Part shown: piece by piece, positions 1-8,847 of the stretch
Layout: the number at the start of each line of letters is the position of its first letter
Numbering within the stretch: the stretch's first letter is position 1
From: Oscillospiraceae bacterium
Lineage (GTDB): Bacteria > Bacillota > Clostridia > Oscillospirales > Ruminococcaceae
Length of the DNA stretch: 64,000 nt
Direction of reading: 5' to 3'
NCBI GenBank assembly: GCA_031549285.1
Contig: JAVBPZ010000006.1
Coordinates: 8,196 to 72,195, forward strand
Program-made: the position numbers and the translations under genes
Notes under the pieces: generated by a model
What the model saw: the letters and a program-made list of their open reading frames with translations, nothing else
Told to the model about the DNA's origin: nothing
The model's database searches: none

Positions 1-683
1 CGCTGCAAAAGAACAATTATTTCGGCACCATGTACGTGAAAATGGGATATGCGGCCGGGCTGTTGGGCGGCGCCACCTATTCTACTGCCGACACCGTGCG
101 CCCCGCCCTGCAAATTGTAAAAACCAAGCCCGGCTGCAACATCGTTTCCAGCTGCTTCATCATGAGCCGCATGGGCACTCAGGGCGAGGAACGCTATGTA
201 ATGGCGGACTGCGCCATCAACCTGGACCCCACCGCAGATGAACTGGTGGAAATTACCACCGAGACAGTGGGCTGCGCGCGCCTGTTTGGGGTACAGCCAC
301 AGGTGGCGCTGCTGTCTTACAGCTCGTTCGGCAGCGGCAAGGGCCCCTCGGCGGACAAGGTGCGTGAAGCGGTGGCAAAGCTGAAAGATACCGGTGCGGA
401 TTTCCCCTTCGATGGCGAACTGCAGTTCGACGCGGCGTTTGCGCCATCGGTGGCCAAAACAAAAGCGCCGTCCTCGCCGGTGGCCGGAAAAGCAAACACC
501 TTCATCTTCCCGAATATAGATTCCGGAAACATCGGCTACAAAATAGCCCAGCGCCTGGGCGGGTTCGAGGCATTCGGCCCCATTCTGCTGGGCCTGAACG
601 CCCCCATCAATGATTTGTCCCGTGGCTGCACCGCCGATGAAGTGTACAAGATGGCTATTATCACGGCGGCCAGCGCGGTATAG
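1..683 (+). CDS. pta: phosphate acetyltransferase (or butyryltransferase), C-terminal part; the 5' end lies outside the window
   Basis: The ORF 30..683 translation carries the Pta/Ptb C-terminal signatures (SYSSFGSGKG, NTFIFPNIDSGNIGYKIAQRLGG, GPILLGLNAPINDLSRGC). The frame is open back to the window edge. Confidence 0.85.
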   Translation, partial: LQKNNYFGTMYVKMGYAAGLLGGATYSTADTVRPALQIVKTKPGCNIVSSCFIMSRMGTQGEERYVMADCAINLDPTADELVEITTETVGCARLFGVQPQVALLSYSSFGSGKGPSADKVREAVAKLKDTGADFPFDGELQFDAAFAPSVAKTKAPSSPVAGKANTFIFPNIDSGNIGYKIAQRLGGFEAFGPILLGLNAPINDLSRGCTADEVYKMAIITAASAV

Positions 684-718
684 GCAAACCAGGATAAATC
701 CTACAGGATATGGATACC

Positions 719-750
719 CCGGCGCCAGCGATCTGGTGCCGGTCTGTATT
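719..750 (+). terminator. hairpin plus T-rich tail after pta
   Basis: CCGGCGCC-N8-GGTGCCGG forms an 8-bp stem with one G-U pair and is followed by TCTGTATT. Confidence 0.45.
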
Positions 751-777
751 GAATTCAACAGGATTTTCCTGTATACT
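749..777 (+). promoter_or_regulatory. sigma-A-type promoter for the SRP RNA
   Basis: TTGAAT (749-754), a 17-nt spacer, then TATACT (772-777). Confidence 0.5.
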
Positions 778-783
778 AACAGT

Positions 784-992
784 GGTAACACACACGGCAA
801 CCGCGGTTGCCGGAAAACGGGCAGTGCGCGCGGGCTGCTTTGCATACGGAAGGCGGGTCCTGTGCAATGGGCCGCTGTGAACCATGTCAGGCGGGGAACC
901 GAGCAGCATTAAGCGGATGCGCCTGTGTGCCGCAGACAACCTGCCTTTCGTATGCAGCGCAGCGCGGTGGCCTGTCCGTTTGTCCTTTTGTA
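784..992 (+). ncRNA. ffs: signal recognition particle RNA (scRNA/4.5S, Gram-positive type); the ends are approximate
   Basis: The conserved domain-IV core GGGTCCTGTGCAATGGG...GTGAACCATGTCAGGCGGGGAACCGAGCAGCATTAAGCGG...TGTGCCGCAG closely resembles the Bacillus scRNA core as I recall it. A terminal helix forms between ACGGCAACCGCG (about 793-804) and CGCGGTGGCCTGT (963-975). The position directly upstream of dnaX matches the Firmicute order scr-dnaX-ybaB-recR. Confidence 0.75.
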
Positions 993-1110
993 TATGCTCT
1001 AGCCAATATGTGCCCTCACCGCCGACAAGGTGAATTGCTTGTTGGCGGTGAAGAAAGCATTTAGCCGGGCATAACACGCCTGAAACTGAAGACCCAAGGA
1101 GGTGAGCTTC

Positions 1111-3012
1111 TTGTACAAAGCACTATACCGTAAATACCGTCCGCGGCGTTTCAGCGACGTGGTGGGGCAGGAGGCCATCACCACCGCCCTGCAAAACCAA
1201 ATACTGGCGGACAAAATAGGCCATGCGTACCTGTTCACCGGCACCCGCGGCACAGGCAAAACCACCTGCGCGAAAATTTTTGCCACAGCGGTAAACTGTG
1301 AAAATCCCACCGGGGCCGATCCCTGCGGCGAATGCGCCTGCTGCGTTGGCATTGAAAACGGCAGCATCCTGGATGTTACCGAGATTGATGCCGCCTCCAA
1401 CAACAGTGTGGACGACGTGCGCGATTTGCGCGACGAAACGGCGTACCGCCCCAGCCGCTGCCGGTTCAAGGTATATATCATTGACGAGGTGCATATGCTT
1501 TCCACCTCGGCGTTTAATGCCCTGCTGAAAATTTTGGAAGAACCACCCAGCCATGTCATTTTTATTCTGGCCACCACCGAAATACACAAGGTGCCGGCCA
1601 CCATATTGTCCCGCTGCCAGCGGTTCGATTTCGTGCGTATCCCGGCGGAAGAAATTGCCGAGCGGCTGCTGCAGGTGGCCGGGGAAGAGGATATCCGCCT
1701 CACGCCGGGCGCGGCGTCGCTTATCGCGCGGCTGGCGGACGGCGCTTTGCGGGACGCACTGTCGTTGCTGGACACCTGCGCCGGCATGGGCGAGGAGGTA
1801 AACGAGGACCTGGTGCGCCGCATGGCCGGAATCACCGACAAAAGCTACCTGTTTTCCCTCAGCCGTGCGGTGACAGCGGGGGACACAAAACAGCTGATCG
1901 AGCTGGTGGCCGCCTTGCGTGGCCGCTCGGTAGAGGTAAAGCGCCTGTGCGAGGAACTGGTGCTCCATTACCGCAATTTCATTTTGGCGCTGGCCCAGCC
2001 GGACGGGGCCCTGCTGGAGCCCATTTCCGTCGAGGAAAAACAGCAATACCTGCAGGACGCGCCACAGGTGGGCGCGGCGTTCGCCATAGCGGCAGTGCGC
2101 CGCCTGACCGCCGCGCTGGACAGAATGTCCCGCTCACCCGATGCCCGCATTGAGCTGGAACTGGCCCTGTTTGACCTGTGTGAAACCCCGGCGGATCGCA
2201 CTGCCGGCGCAACATCAGCAGCGGGGCAGCCACCCATGGCGGCACAGGCGAAACCGGCCACATTGCCGCCTGCACCAGCGAAACCCCAGCTGCAGCCGGT
2301 CAGCGTGGCGCCGCGCAGCAGTGCCACAAATTCTTCCACCGGCTCCCCGGCCAAAGATACGTCACAATCTGCCCCACAGGCTGCCCCGGCGGCACAGGTG
2401 CCAGTGGCAGAAGATGCTTCTTCCTTACCGCTGCAACCGGCTGACACCACCGACGTTCCATCCCGCGATAACAACACCCGCGAAACAGTTGAAACCAAAG
2501 GGATAGTCGAAGCAGCCGTGGAAGACACACCCGCACAAACGCCGCCGGCACAAACGGAACAGGTACAGGCGATGCCCGCACCGGCGTCTGCTGCGGCAGA
2601 CGCCGATGCAACTGCCGAGCGTCCACCGGAGCCCCCTGTGCCACAGGCGGAACCATTGGCCGACGATAGTGCCACCGCCGATACCCCGGTCGCATTCGCC
2701 GCCTGGCCGGATGTGGTCGCCCGCATGGCTGGTGTGGACCGCATGCTGCATTCCTACATGAAGGACGCGGCCGCCTATACCGACGGGCGCCGGATACTGA
2801 TAGACGGCGGCGATATGTTCCTGTCTTTCATGCGGAAATATGACGCGGCCAACGAAAAAATAAAAGCGGTCATCTTCGAAGTGACCGGCACGCGGTATGG
2901 CATCGGGCCGTATATTGGCCCCGCGCAGGATACCCAGGCGAAACCGGTCACCGCACAGGATACCCTGCGCGCCTGGCAGGAAAAAGGCGTGCCGGTGGAG
3001 TACGACAAATAA
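1111..3012 (+). CDS. dnaX: DNA polymerase III subunit gamma/tau
   Basis: The N-terminus reads (M)YKALYRKYRPRRFSDVVGQE. A Walker A motif (GTRGTGKTT), a Zn module (CGECACC) and IIDEVHML are present. The likely start is TTG at 1111, 8 nt after AAGGAGG; the ORF-track start at 1102 abuts the SD. The middle third is a Pro/Ala/Gln-rich linker. Confidence 0.95.
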   Translation: MYKALYRKYRPRRFSDVVGQEAITTALQNQILADKIGHAYLFTGTRGTGKTTCAKIFATAVNCENPTGADPCGECACCVGIENGSILDVTEIDAASNNSVDDVRDLRDETAYRPSRCRFKVYIIDEVHMLSTSAFNALLKILEEPPSHVIFILATTEIHKVPATILSRCQRFDFVRIPAEEIAERLLQVAGEEDIRLTPGAASLIARLADGALRDALSLLDTCAGMGEEVNEDLVRRMAGITDKSYLFSLSRAVTAGDTKQLIELVAALRGRSVEVKRLCEELVLHYRNFILALAQPDGALLEPISVEEKQQYLQDAPQVGAAFAIAAVRRLTAALDRMSRSPDARIELELALFDLCETPADRTAGATSAAGQPPMAAQAKPATLPPAPAKPQLQPVSVAPRSSATNSSTGSPAKDTSQSAPQAAPAAQVPVAEDASSLPLQPADTTDVPSRDNNTRETVETKGIVEAAVEDTPAQTPPAQTEQVQAMPAPASAAADADATAERPPEPPVPQAEPLADDSATADTPVAFAAWPDVVARMAGVDRMLHSYMKDAAAYTDGRRILIDGGDMFLSFMRKYDAANEKIKAVIFEVTGTRYGIGPYIGPAQDTQAKPVTAQDTLRAWQEKGVPVEYDK

Positions 3013-3093
3013 CCCGGATACAATACACAGTCCGGCTGCCATATTTGGCGCGGAACGGCGCGCCAGGGGATATTACATAGAGGAGGCATACCC

Positions 3094-3441
3094 ATGAAAG
3101 CACGGCTACCAGACGGCTATGGCAAGCAAAATGTGAACCAACTGATGAAACAGGCTCAGGAGATGCAGGACAAAATGCAGCAAAAACAGGCCGAGTTGGA
3201 GGAGACGGAATACACCGTCACCGCCGGTGGCGGCATGATAGAGGTGGTTATGCGGGGCGACTACCAGGTGCAGTCGGTGCGCATCAAACCGGACGTGGTC
3301 AGCCCGGATGACGTGGATATGCTGGAAGATATGGTGGGCGCGGCCTTCAACGAGGCGGTGCGCGTGGTAAAGGAAGCCGCCGACAGTGAAATGGCGGACA
3401 TTTCCGGCGGGTTCAATCTTCCGGGTATGCCAGGCTTCTAA
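3094..3441 (+). CDS. ybaB: YbaB/EbfC family nucleoid-associated protein
   Basis: 115 aa with MKQAQEMQDKMQ...VTAGGGMIEVVMRGD...I. The position between dnaX and recR is conserved. Confidence 0.9.
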   Translation: MKARLPDGYGKQNVNQLMKQAQEMQDKMQQKQAELEETEYTVTAGGGMIEVVMRGDYQVQSVRIKPDVVSPDDVDMLEDMVGAAFNEAVRVVKEAADSEMADISGGFNLPGMPGF

Positions 3442-3499
3442 GTAAGGTTCCAACACTGGTGGCAAAGCCACCAATACAACATCTAAAAGGCGTGAGAAT

Positions 3500-4099
3500 A
3501 TGGGCGTAAATGCGGCGCCGCTGGAAAATCTAATAGAACAATTTGCGAAACTGTCTGGCATTGGGCGGAAAGGTGCCGCGCGGCTGGCGTACCAGGTGTT
3601 GGCCATGCCACCGGAGCAGGCGGCCGCGTTTGCCGCCGCCATCACCGATGCACATGAAAAAATCCACCTGTGCCAGGTATGCCAAAACTTTACCGAAGAG
3701 GACATCTGCGCCATCTGCGCCGATGCCACCCGGGACAAAACCACCATCTGCGTGGTGGAAAACCCGCGCGATGTGGTCGCGTTCGAGCACACCCGCGAGT
3801 ACAAGGGCCTGTACCATGTGCTGCATGGGCTCATTTCGCCCACCGAGGGTATTGGCGCCGAACAGCTGCATATCACCGAGCTACTGGCCCGTCTGCAGGA
3901 TGGCACCGTGCAGGAGGTCATTATGGCCACCAACCCCACAGTAGAGGGGGAGGCCACCGCCATGTACCTGGCCCGGCTGATAAAACCACTGGGGGTGAAA
4001 ACCACCCGCCTGGCGTACGGCCTGCCGGTCGGCAGCAACCTGGAGTATGTGGACGATGTCACACTGTATCGTGCCCTTTCCGGCCGGGGTGAGCTGTGA
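3500..4099 (+). CDS. recR: recombination protein RecR
   Basis: An HhH N-terminus ([20 protein letters not shown]), a C4 zinc finger (CQVCQN...CAICAD) and a Toprim segment ([12 protein letters not shown]) are present. Confidence 0.95.
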   Translation: MGVNAAPLENLIEQFAKLSGIGRKGAARLAYQVLAMPPEQAAAFAAAITDAHEKIHLCQVCQNFTEEDICAICADATRDKTTICVVENPRDVVAFEHTREYKGLYHVLHGLISPTEGIGAEQLHITELLARLQDGTVQEVIMATNPTVEGEATAMYLARLIKPLGVKTTRLAYGLPVGSNLEYVDDVTLYRALSGRGEL

Positions 4100-4195
4100 A
4101 TCACAGAGTATGTAGCTGTTTCATGAGTCTGTTTTACCCTTGTCTTTAAGCCCATAACCAATTACTAACGACCAATAACCAACAACAAAAAGGGG

Positions 4196-4666
4196 GTGGC
4201 CCTGTTGGCCGCAATCAAACCTGTGGCGGCCAACCGGAAAGCCCGCCACGAATACTTTGTCCTGGAAAGCCTGGAGGCCGGCATAGAGCTGGTCGGCACC
4301 GAGGTAAAAAGCGTACGCATGGGTAACCTGAACCTGAAGGATGCCTGGGCAGATGTGCGCGATGGGGAAATATATATTCTGGGCATGCACATTTCTCCGT
4401 ATGAAAAGGGCAACATCTTCAACCGGGATCCGGTGCGCCCGCGCAAGTTGCTGCTGCACAAGCGCGAAATTCGCAAGCTGCACCAGGAACTGAAAACCAA
4501 AGGCCTCACGCTCATTCCGTTGTCAGTGTATTTGAAAGATTCCCACGTAAAGGTGGAGCTGGGTCTGTGTAAAGGTAAAAAGCTTTATGATAAGCGCGCC
4601 ACCACGGCAGAACGGGACGCACAGCGCAGTATAGACCGCGCCATGAAAGACCAGCGGCACGGGTAA
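4196..4666 (+). CDS. smpB: SsrA-binding protein SmpB
   Basis: The sequence contains [28 protein letters not shown]...LLLHKREI, and the gene sits directly upstream of tmRNA. The true start may be TTG at 4205, which has better SD spacing. Confidence 0.92.
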   Translation: MALLAAIKPVAANRKARHEYFVLESLEAGIELVGTEVKSVRMGNLNLKDAWADVRDGEIYILGMHISPYEKGNIFNRDPVRPRKLLLHKREIRKLHQELKTKGLTLIPLSVYLKDSHVKVELGLCKGKKLYDKRATTAERDAQRSIDRAMKDQRHG

Positions 4667-4781
4667 AGCGTAGGTACCATGCCTGGCCAAACCGGCCACG
4701 CGTGCCGGTTGTTGACTGATATGGTATAATGAAAATGTGGGATAAAGGCGCCAATATATGCCGCCTCGAATCCATATATAT

Positions 4782-5149
4782 GGGGATGTAAAGGTTTCGA
4801 CAGGGAGGAGAAAGCCGGAGCAGCGGGTAGTGGTGTGGCCCCACTTTAACTGCCACAAAACAATAATTAACAACACAGTTAATTTCCGCAGCAACGCTCG
4901 CGTTGCTGTTGCCGCCTAATTTAGGTCGGCCGTCCGGCCCGCTCTACCGTGGGGCGGGACCCGGGCGTCATTGAAACGGTAAACGTGAACGGCCCAAAGC
5001 TTTGCGGACCGTCATGAACTTATGAAGCTACCGACGCGGCGGCCTGATCATCGGCCTGCCGCCGGGGGAATCTCATAGATGATCTGCACCCGGAGATACT
5101 CCTGCGGACTTCTTTTTGGACACGGGTTCGATTCCCGTCATCTCCACCA
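4782..5149 (+). ncRNA. ssrA: transfer-messenger RNA (tmRNA)
   Basis: The 5' end GGGGATGTAAAGGTTTCGACAGGG and the 3' end GGACACGGGTTCGATTCCCGTCATCTCCACCA form the tRNA-Ala-like acceptor and T-arm. An internal tag-like frame ends ...NFRSNARVAVAA-TAA (stop at 4917-4919). smpB is adjacent. Confidence 0.93.
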
Positions 5150-5152
5150 CAA

Positions 5153-5197
5153 TTATAGGGCGCTGTTTCGTTAAAAACAGCGCCCTATAATTATTTT
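5153..5197. terminator. bidirectional intrinsic terminator (ssrA / lipoprotein gene)
   Basis: A 16-bp perfect stem, TTATAGGGCGCTGTTT-N6-AAACAGCGCCCTATAA, is followed by TTATTTT. Confidence 0.8.
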
Positions 5198-5240
5198 AAA
5201 ACCCACGGTGAAACCCACTTTTGTTTATGACTCTTATTTC

Positions 5241-5843
5241 TTACTCCGGCGCACGGATACTTTCAATTATATCCGTCACCGGCGAAGCATTAAAATACAC
5301 GGTAGCATCATCTGTTTCTACGTTTAAGTTGACCTCCAACTCAATAATCCCAACATAAGCGTCCCCTGCAGCCAGGCTATCGAAAACAATGGCGACTTTG
5401 TAAATCAACCCATCGGATGTTTTCCGCTGGTACAAGAGCCCGCTGAAGTTCCCGTTACTGTATTCTTGGGCACTTTCCAGTGGCACATCCACCCCCTGCA
5501 GATATTCTTCCGGCGTCTGTCCGGCTTTTTTACTGTAGGTCAAAAGCAATATCCAGTTTCTATCCGCATCCACTATCGTTATCCGGTCTTCTATTAGAGA
5601 GACCTTTTGCCCCACGATAGAAGGAATATCCACCGCATACTGGTCGCCAACCATGGCCTGCACAACTTCTGCTTCGCTTGCACTAAGACCTGCGACCACG
5701 GCCGAGTCCGAAAGTGTGCCGGAGGCGAAGGAAGTATCGGACATTGCCACAGTGGTGTCTGGCTCGCCGCTACCACAGGCAGGTAAAAGCAGTGTGGATA
5801 CAAGCATAAGCGCAACCATCCCGCGCACAGAATTCCACTTCAT
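5241..5843 (-). CDS. hypothetical lipoprotein
   Basis: There is a signal peptide with a lipobox (MKWNSVRGMVALMLVSTLLLPAC-GSG). No family was recognised. The G+C content looks lower by eye. Confidence 0.6.
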   Translation of the reverse strand: MKWNSVRGMVALMLVSTLLLPACGSGEPDTTVAMSDTSFASGTLSDSAVVAGLSASEAEVVQAMVGDQYAVDIPSIVGQKVSLIEDRITIVDADRNWILLLTYSKKAGQTPEEYLQGVDVPLESAQEYSNGNFSGLLYQRKTSDGLIYKVAIVFDSLAAGDAYVGIIELEVNLNVETDDATVYFNASPVTDIIESIRAPE

Positions 5844-6175
5844 AGGGACCTACTTTGTTAACACATAATAACGAAACGGTTCTCTTACGATATCCTTCAC
5901 GCAGCGGGTCGTCCAAGCGTCCATCAGGACCGGACTTTCTTTAATTTTAGCATTATGAAGGTAAAAAGACAAACCCAGCCATGAGTATTTGAAAAGTCCT
6001 GTTATAGGCCGTATGGTATTGTTTTCTCGCACTCAAGCACAAATCAAATCGGACATCTAAAGACAGTAGCACCGGTCGATAACAGTATACGGAAACAACG
6101 TATATTCTATTTCAGTGCAAACCCACCCAAAAAGCAGATACAGTTCGTATTTAGGGTATCTAAATCCACCAAACA

Positions 6176-6220
6176 AAACACCGCTACACGCAAAAAACTT
6201 TGCGTGTAGCGGTGTTTTTA
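6176..6220. terminator. intrinsic terminator downstream of the 6283..7233 gene
   Basis: ACACCGCTACACGCAAA-N4-TTTGCGTGTAGCGGTGT is flanked by A- and T-runs. Confidence 0.8.
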
Positions 6221-6282
6221 GCATTTCATAAAGGAGCTGCGTTAAAGCGTCGGAAGCATTCGTACGTGGATAACGGGTATAG

Positions 6283-7233
6283 CTATTTCGCCAGCTCTGG
6301 TTCAGGAAAGTTCCATGCACCGCTCAGCACGGCAGGCTGAGGACGGTAAAGCCTTACGGTATAGTTCCAGCCTTGTGGGATAGGCAGGTAGTTTTCGGCA
6401 GCTGCATCACCGCCAAAATGTATTGTTACGGTGCCATCACCAGCTTTTTTTGCTGTCAGATTATTCAAAGAATACAGGCCCTGGTCGTTCTTTTCAAAAA
6501 AACCGGAAGCATTGTAAACGGAAATCGACCAAAAACCATCCACCGGAACATTGGCGGGAATCGTCAACACATAAGCGGTCTTGCCGTCGTTGTTGTCCAC
6601 CAACCGAGTGTAATAAACGGCGTCATTGTCCGGGTTGCCGCCCCAACCGCCTGCCGTACCAAGCAAGTGATGAATGGGTTCGACCTCGTCTTTTTTTCCA
6701 AAACAGCCGCGAAGGTTTGGTAATGTGTTGAACAGGCCCAGCAGTAGTTTACGGGTCTCATCCCGGGATTCCTTGTCCCAATCGCCAAATGTGAAAGTAC
6801 CTGTACCGGGCTGCGAAACAGCCAGTTGGTCCTGTAAAGCGTTCACTTTGGCAATGTCGGCGAGGTCGTGCGCATCTACCTCAATGCGCACCAGTGCCGC
6901 CATATAGCGCGTGCCAACTTGTTCCTTGGTAAAAGTATAGTTCCCGGCATCATAGGCGACGTGTACCACATAATGGTCCTGGTCGATGGCCTGCAAAGCA
7001 ATGTACCGGCCATTGCCATCCGGCAATGTAAATGTAGCTGGCCCAGCGTCCAAATCTAGTACAATCGAGGAATACAGCGTGTCGCGATTCATTCGCACAA
7101 CGGTTTGATGATCAATGTCGGGTGGGCGGCGGCGGTGGAAGAATTGTCCACCAGCTCCGTCAGCTACGAACGTGGTAAAATACATATCGGTTTCGGCCCG
7201 GACGAAGTTATCTGCGTTTACTTTTTCAGCCAT
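6283..7233 (-). CDS. DUF1254/DUF1214-type protein (function unknown)
   Basis: 316 aa. The N-terminus NFVRAETDMYF...RMNRDTLYSS and the C-terminus ...DGFWSISVYN...NYLP...GWNYTVRLYRP match my recollection of the DUF1254 and DUF1214 pair. Confidence 0.7.
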   Translation of the reverse strand: MAEKVNADNFVRAETDMYFTTFVADGAGGQFFHRRRPPDIDHQTVVRMNRDTLYSSIVLDLDAGPATFTLPDGNGRYIALQAIDQDHYVVHVAYDAGNYTFTKEQVGTRYMAALVRIEVDAHDLADIAKVNALQDQLAVSQPGTGTFTFGDWDKESRDETRKLLLGLFNTLPNLRGCFGKKDEVEPIHHLLGTAGGWGGNPDNDAVYYTRLVDNNDGKTAYVLTIPANVPVDGFWSISVYNASGFFEKNDQGLYSLNNLTAKKAGDGTVTIHFGGDAAAENYLPIPQGWNYTVRLYRPQPAVLSGAWNFPEPELAK

Positions 7234-7292
7234 AAAAATCTTCCTTTCGTATTTGTGTTGTGCTGCGAAATATCACAGCATTATTAAAAACT

Positions 7293-7479
7293 TATTGCTC
7301 GACGAAGCGAGCGCCACGCGAACGCTTGCATTCTCATGGCCGAGTGAGGAGGGCGACAACGGGTATAATACCCCGCGGTCTTCGCCCAAGAGATTAAAAG
7401 GATGGCGGCCTACGAGCTGCCGCGGGAAACGCGTGAAGCGGGGCCGGGGCTCTGCCCCGGGGTTAATATCCGTTATTAC
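7293..7479. repeat. structured intergenic repeat, copy A (187 nt)
   Basis: Aligns over its full length with 8631-8784, apart from a roughly 33-nt insertion inside the CCGCGG...CCGCGG hairpin. It lies 59 nt 5' of the start codon of the minus-strand gene 6283..7233. Confidence 0.85.
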
Positions 7480-7600
7480 TTTAGTATACGCTGTGAGTTT
7501 GAAGAAAAAACGCATGCTGTGTCGAGAGGAGCGTGCATACATTCCTTATTAATACCTCATGGGGAGTGTAGTGTTAGAAAAATGTGAAAAGGGGACCACC

Positions 7601-7963
7601 TTAAAAGCTTGGCCGGTTATACCCCTTTTCTCCATATGGCTGCAGCTTTTCCAGCCAGGGCCGCTGCATTTGCCGCAGCAGGCGGCCTATTTCCTCTCGG
7701 CTTTCGCCCTGTTGCGCTGTTTGTTCCAGCACCTCATACCGGAAAGCATCGTGGCCGTATTCTTTCCAGTCGCGCACCAGCGCGCCGCTGGAATAGGTAC
7801 CGCTGTTCAGCGCATTCTGAATAAACTGCCACTTGTCACGCAAATCCGGGTAAGACACCACATAGATCTTGCCGTTAGCGGTGTTGGTTATTTTCACCAC
7901 ACCCATGTAAATTTCTATCTGCTGTGCCTGCTGCTTCAGTTCTTTTTTGCGCTGTTTGTCCAT
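7601..7963 (-). CDS. small GIY-YIG-like nuclease family protein
   Basis: 120 aa. The N-terminus GVVKITNTANGKIYVVSYPDL...DWKEYGHDAFRYEVLE resembles the short Firmicute GIY-YIG family. The assignment is from memory only. Confidence 0.55.
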   Translation of the reverse strand: MDKQRKKELKQQAQQIEIYMGVVKITNTANGKIYVVSYPDLRDKWQFIQNALNSGTYSSGALVRDWKEYGHDAFRYEVLEQTAQQGESREEIGRLLRQMQRPWLEKLQPYGEKGYNRPSF

Positions 7964-8014
7964 TGGATCGGCCGCCTTGTTTTTTATTTTACGTTAGAGC
8001 CAGGTTAATGGAAG

Positions 8015-8608
8015 CTAATCATTCATACCTTTTCCGGCCAGTATTTGGGGTAGATATTTTTCCACATGGGCCGCCCGGGTGGCGGCGTGTTTTGGGTGGG
8101 AAAAATACAAAACATAGGCGCGCTGGCGTCCCGGGGTCAATCCCTCGAAAGCCGTGCGCAAAGCAGGGTTTTCCTGCAAACGGTCCTTCAGCTCCTTTGG
8201 CAGCGCCAGCTCGGTTTTTTCCTTAAAGTCTATTTCCAGCCCGGCCTCTTCCACCCGGATGGCATCCGTTATATACGCAATAATCTGTGTCGTGTCCCGG
8301 TCGATTTCCGCCACGCTGGTGAACCGCAGCTGCCGTGCCGCCTGGGAGTTTTCGCCCGGGGCCACCAGCATGTCCGCCGTGTCCTGCAGCAGGGCCCCCT
8401 TTAAAAAAGAAAGTGCGCAATACCCCTTCAGCGCCAGTATCATTACCACATTGTCACCGCCGTGGGTGTAGCAAGGCTTGCCCCATTTAAAGTCCTCCTG
8501 CAGCGGGCAGGTCAGCAAAATGGCGCGCAGTTTTTCCATTTCCGGTTGCCAGTTTTTGGCCCGGTGCAGGTATTTATCCACGTTCGGGTTTCGTTTGGCC
8601 ATTGCCAT
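8015..8608 (-). CDS. YdeI/YdhG-like (DUF1801-type) protein
   Basis: The protein starts MAMAKRNPNVDKYL... with a GAGGTG SD. The C-terminus ...NPALRTAFEGLTPGRQRAYVLYFSHPKHAATRAAHVEK is typical of YdeI-type proteins. The ORF-track extension to 8833 runs through repeat copy B and is rejected. Confidence 0.7.
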   Translation of the reverse strand: MAMAKRNPNVDKYLHRAKNWQPEMEKLRAILLTCPLQEDFKWGKPCYTHGGDNVVMILALKGYCALSFLKGALLQDTADMLVAPGENSQAARQLRFTSVAEIDRDTTQIIAYITDAIRVEEAGLEIDFKEKTELALPKELKDRLQENPALRTAFEGLTPGRQRAYVLYFSHPKHAATRAAHVEKYLPQILAGKGMND

Positions 8609-8630
8609 GCAGAACACCTCGTTTATGCTT

Positions 8631-8784
8631 TTATTGCCCGACGAAGCGAGCGCCATGCGAATGCATGCATTCTCATAGCCGAGTGAGGAGGGCGACAACG
8701 GGTATAATATCCCGCGGTCTCTGCCGCGGAAAACGCGCGAAGCGCGGTGCCGGGGCTCTGCCCCGGGGTTAATACCCGTTATTG
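8631..8784. repeat. structured intergenic repeat, copy B (154 nt)
   Basis: Same element as 7293-7479. It ends 22 nt 5' of the start codon of the minus-strand gene 8015..8608. Confidence 0.85.
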
Positions 8785-8847
8785 CAGGTCGGCTGCATAA
8801 AGCTGCCCGGGTGCACTTTTTTAAGGCATTCATGGTACAAAACAGAA

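Noticed and set aside
999-2046. Long minus-strand ORFs (999..1841 and 1123..2046) inside dnaX
   Set aside because: They lie antisense to a well-supported gene. Their translations are Arg/Ala/Ser/Gly-rich with no motifs, which is typical of shadow ORFs in GC-rich DNA.
3106-4161. 351-aa minus-strand ORF spanning ybaB and recR
   Set aside because: It lies antisense to two conserved genes and crosses their intergenic region. The sequence is low-complexity. It is a shadow ORF.
8609-8833. N-terminal extension of the YdeI-like ORF in the ORF track; the same issue affects 9688..9957, 12034..12879, 19578..19784, 24381..24572 and 33445..33810
   Set aside because: The extensions run through intergenic repeats or terminators and lack SD sequences. 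The internal starts have good SDs and match the family N-termini.
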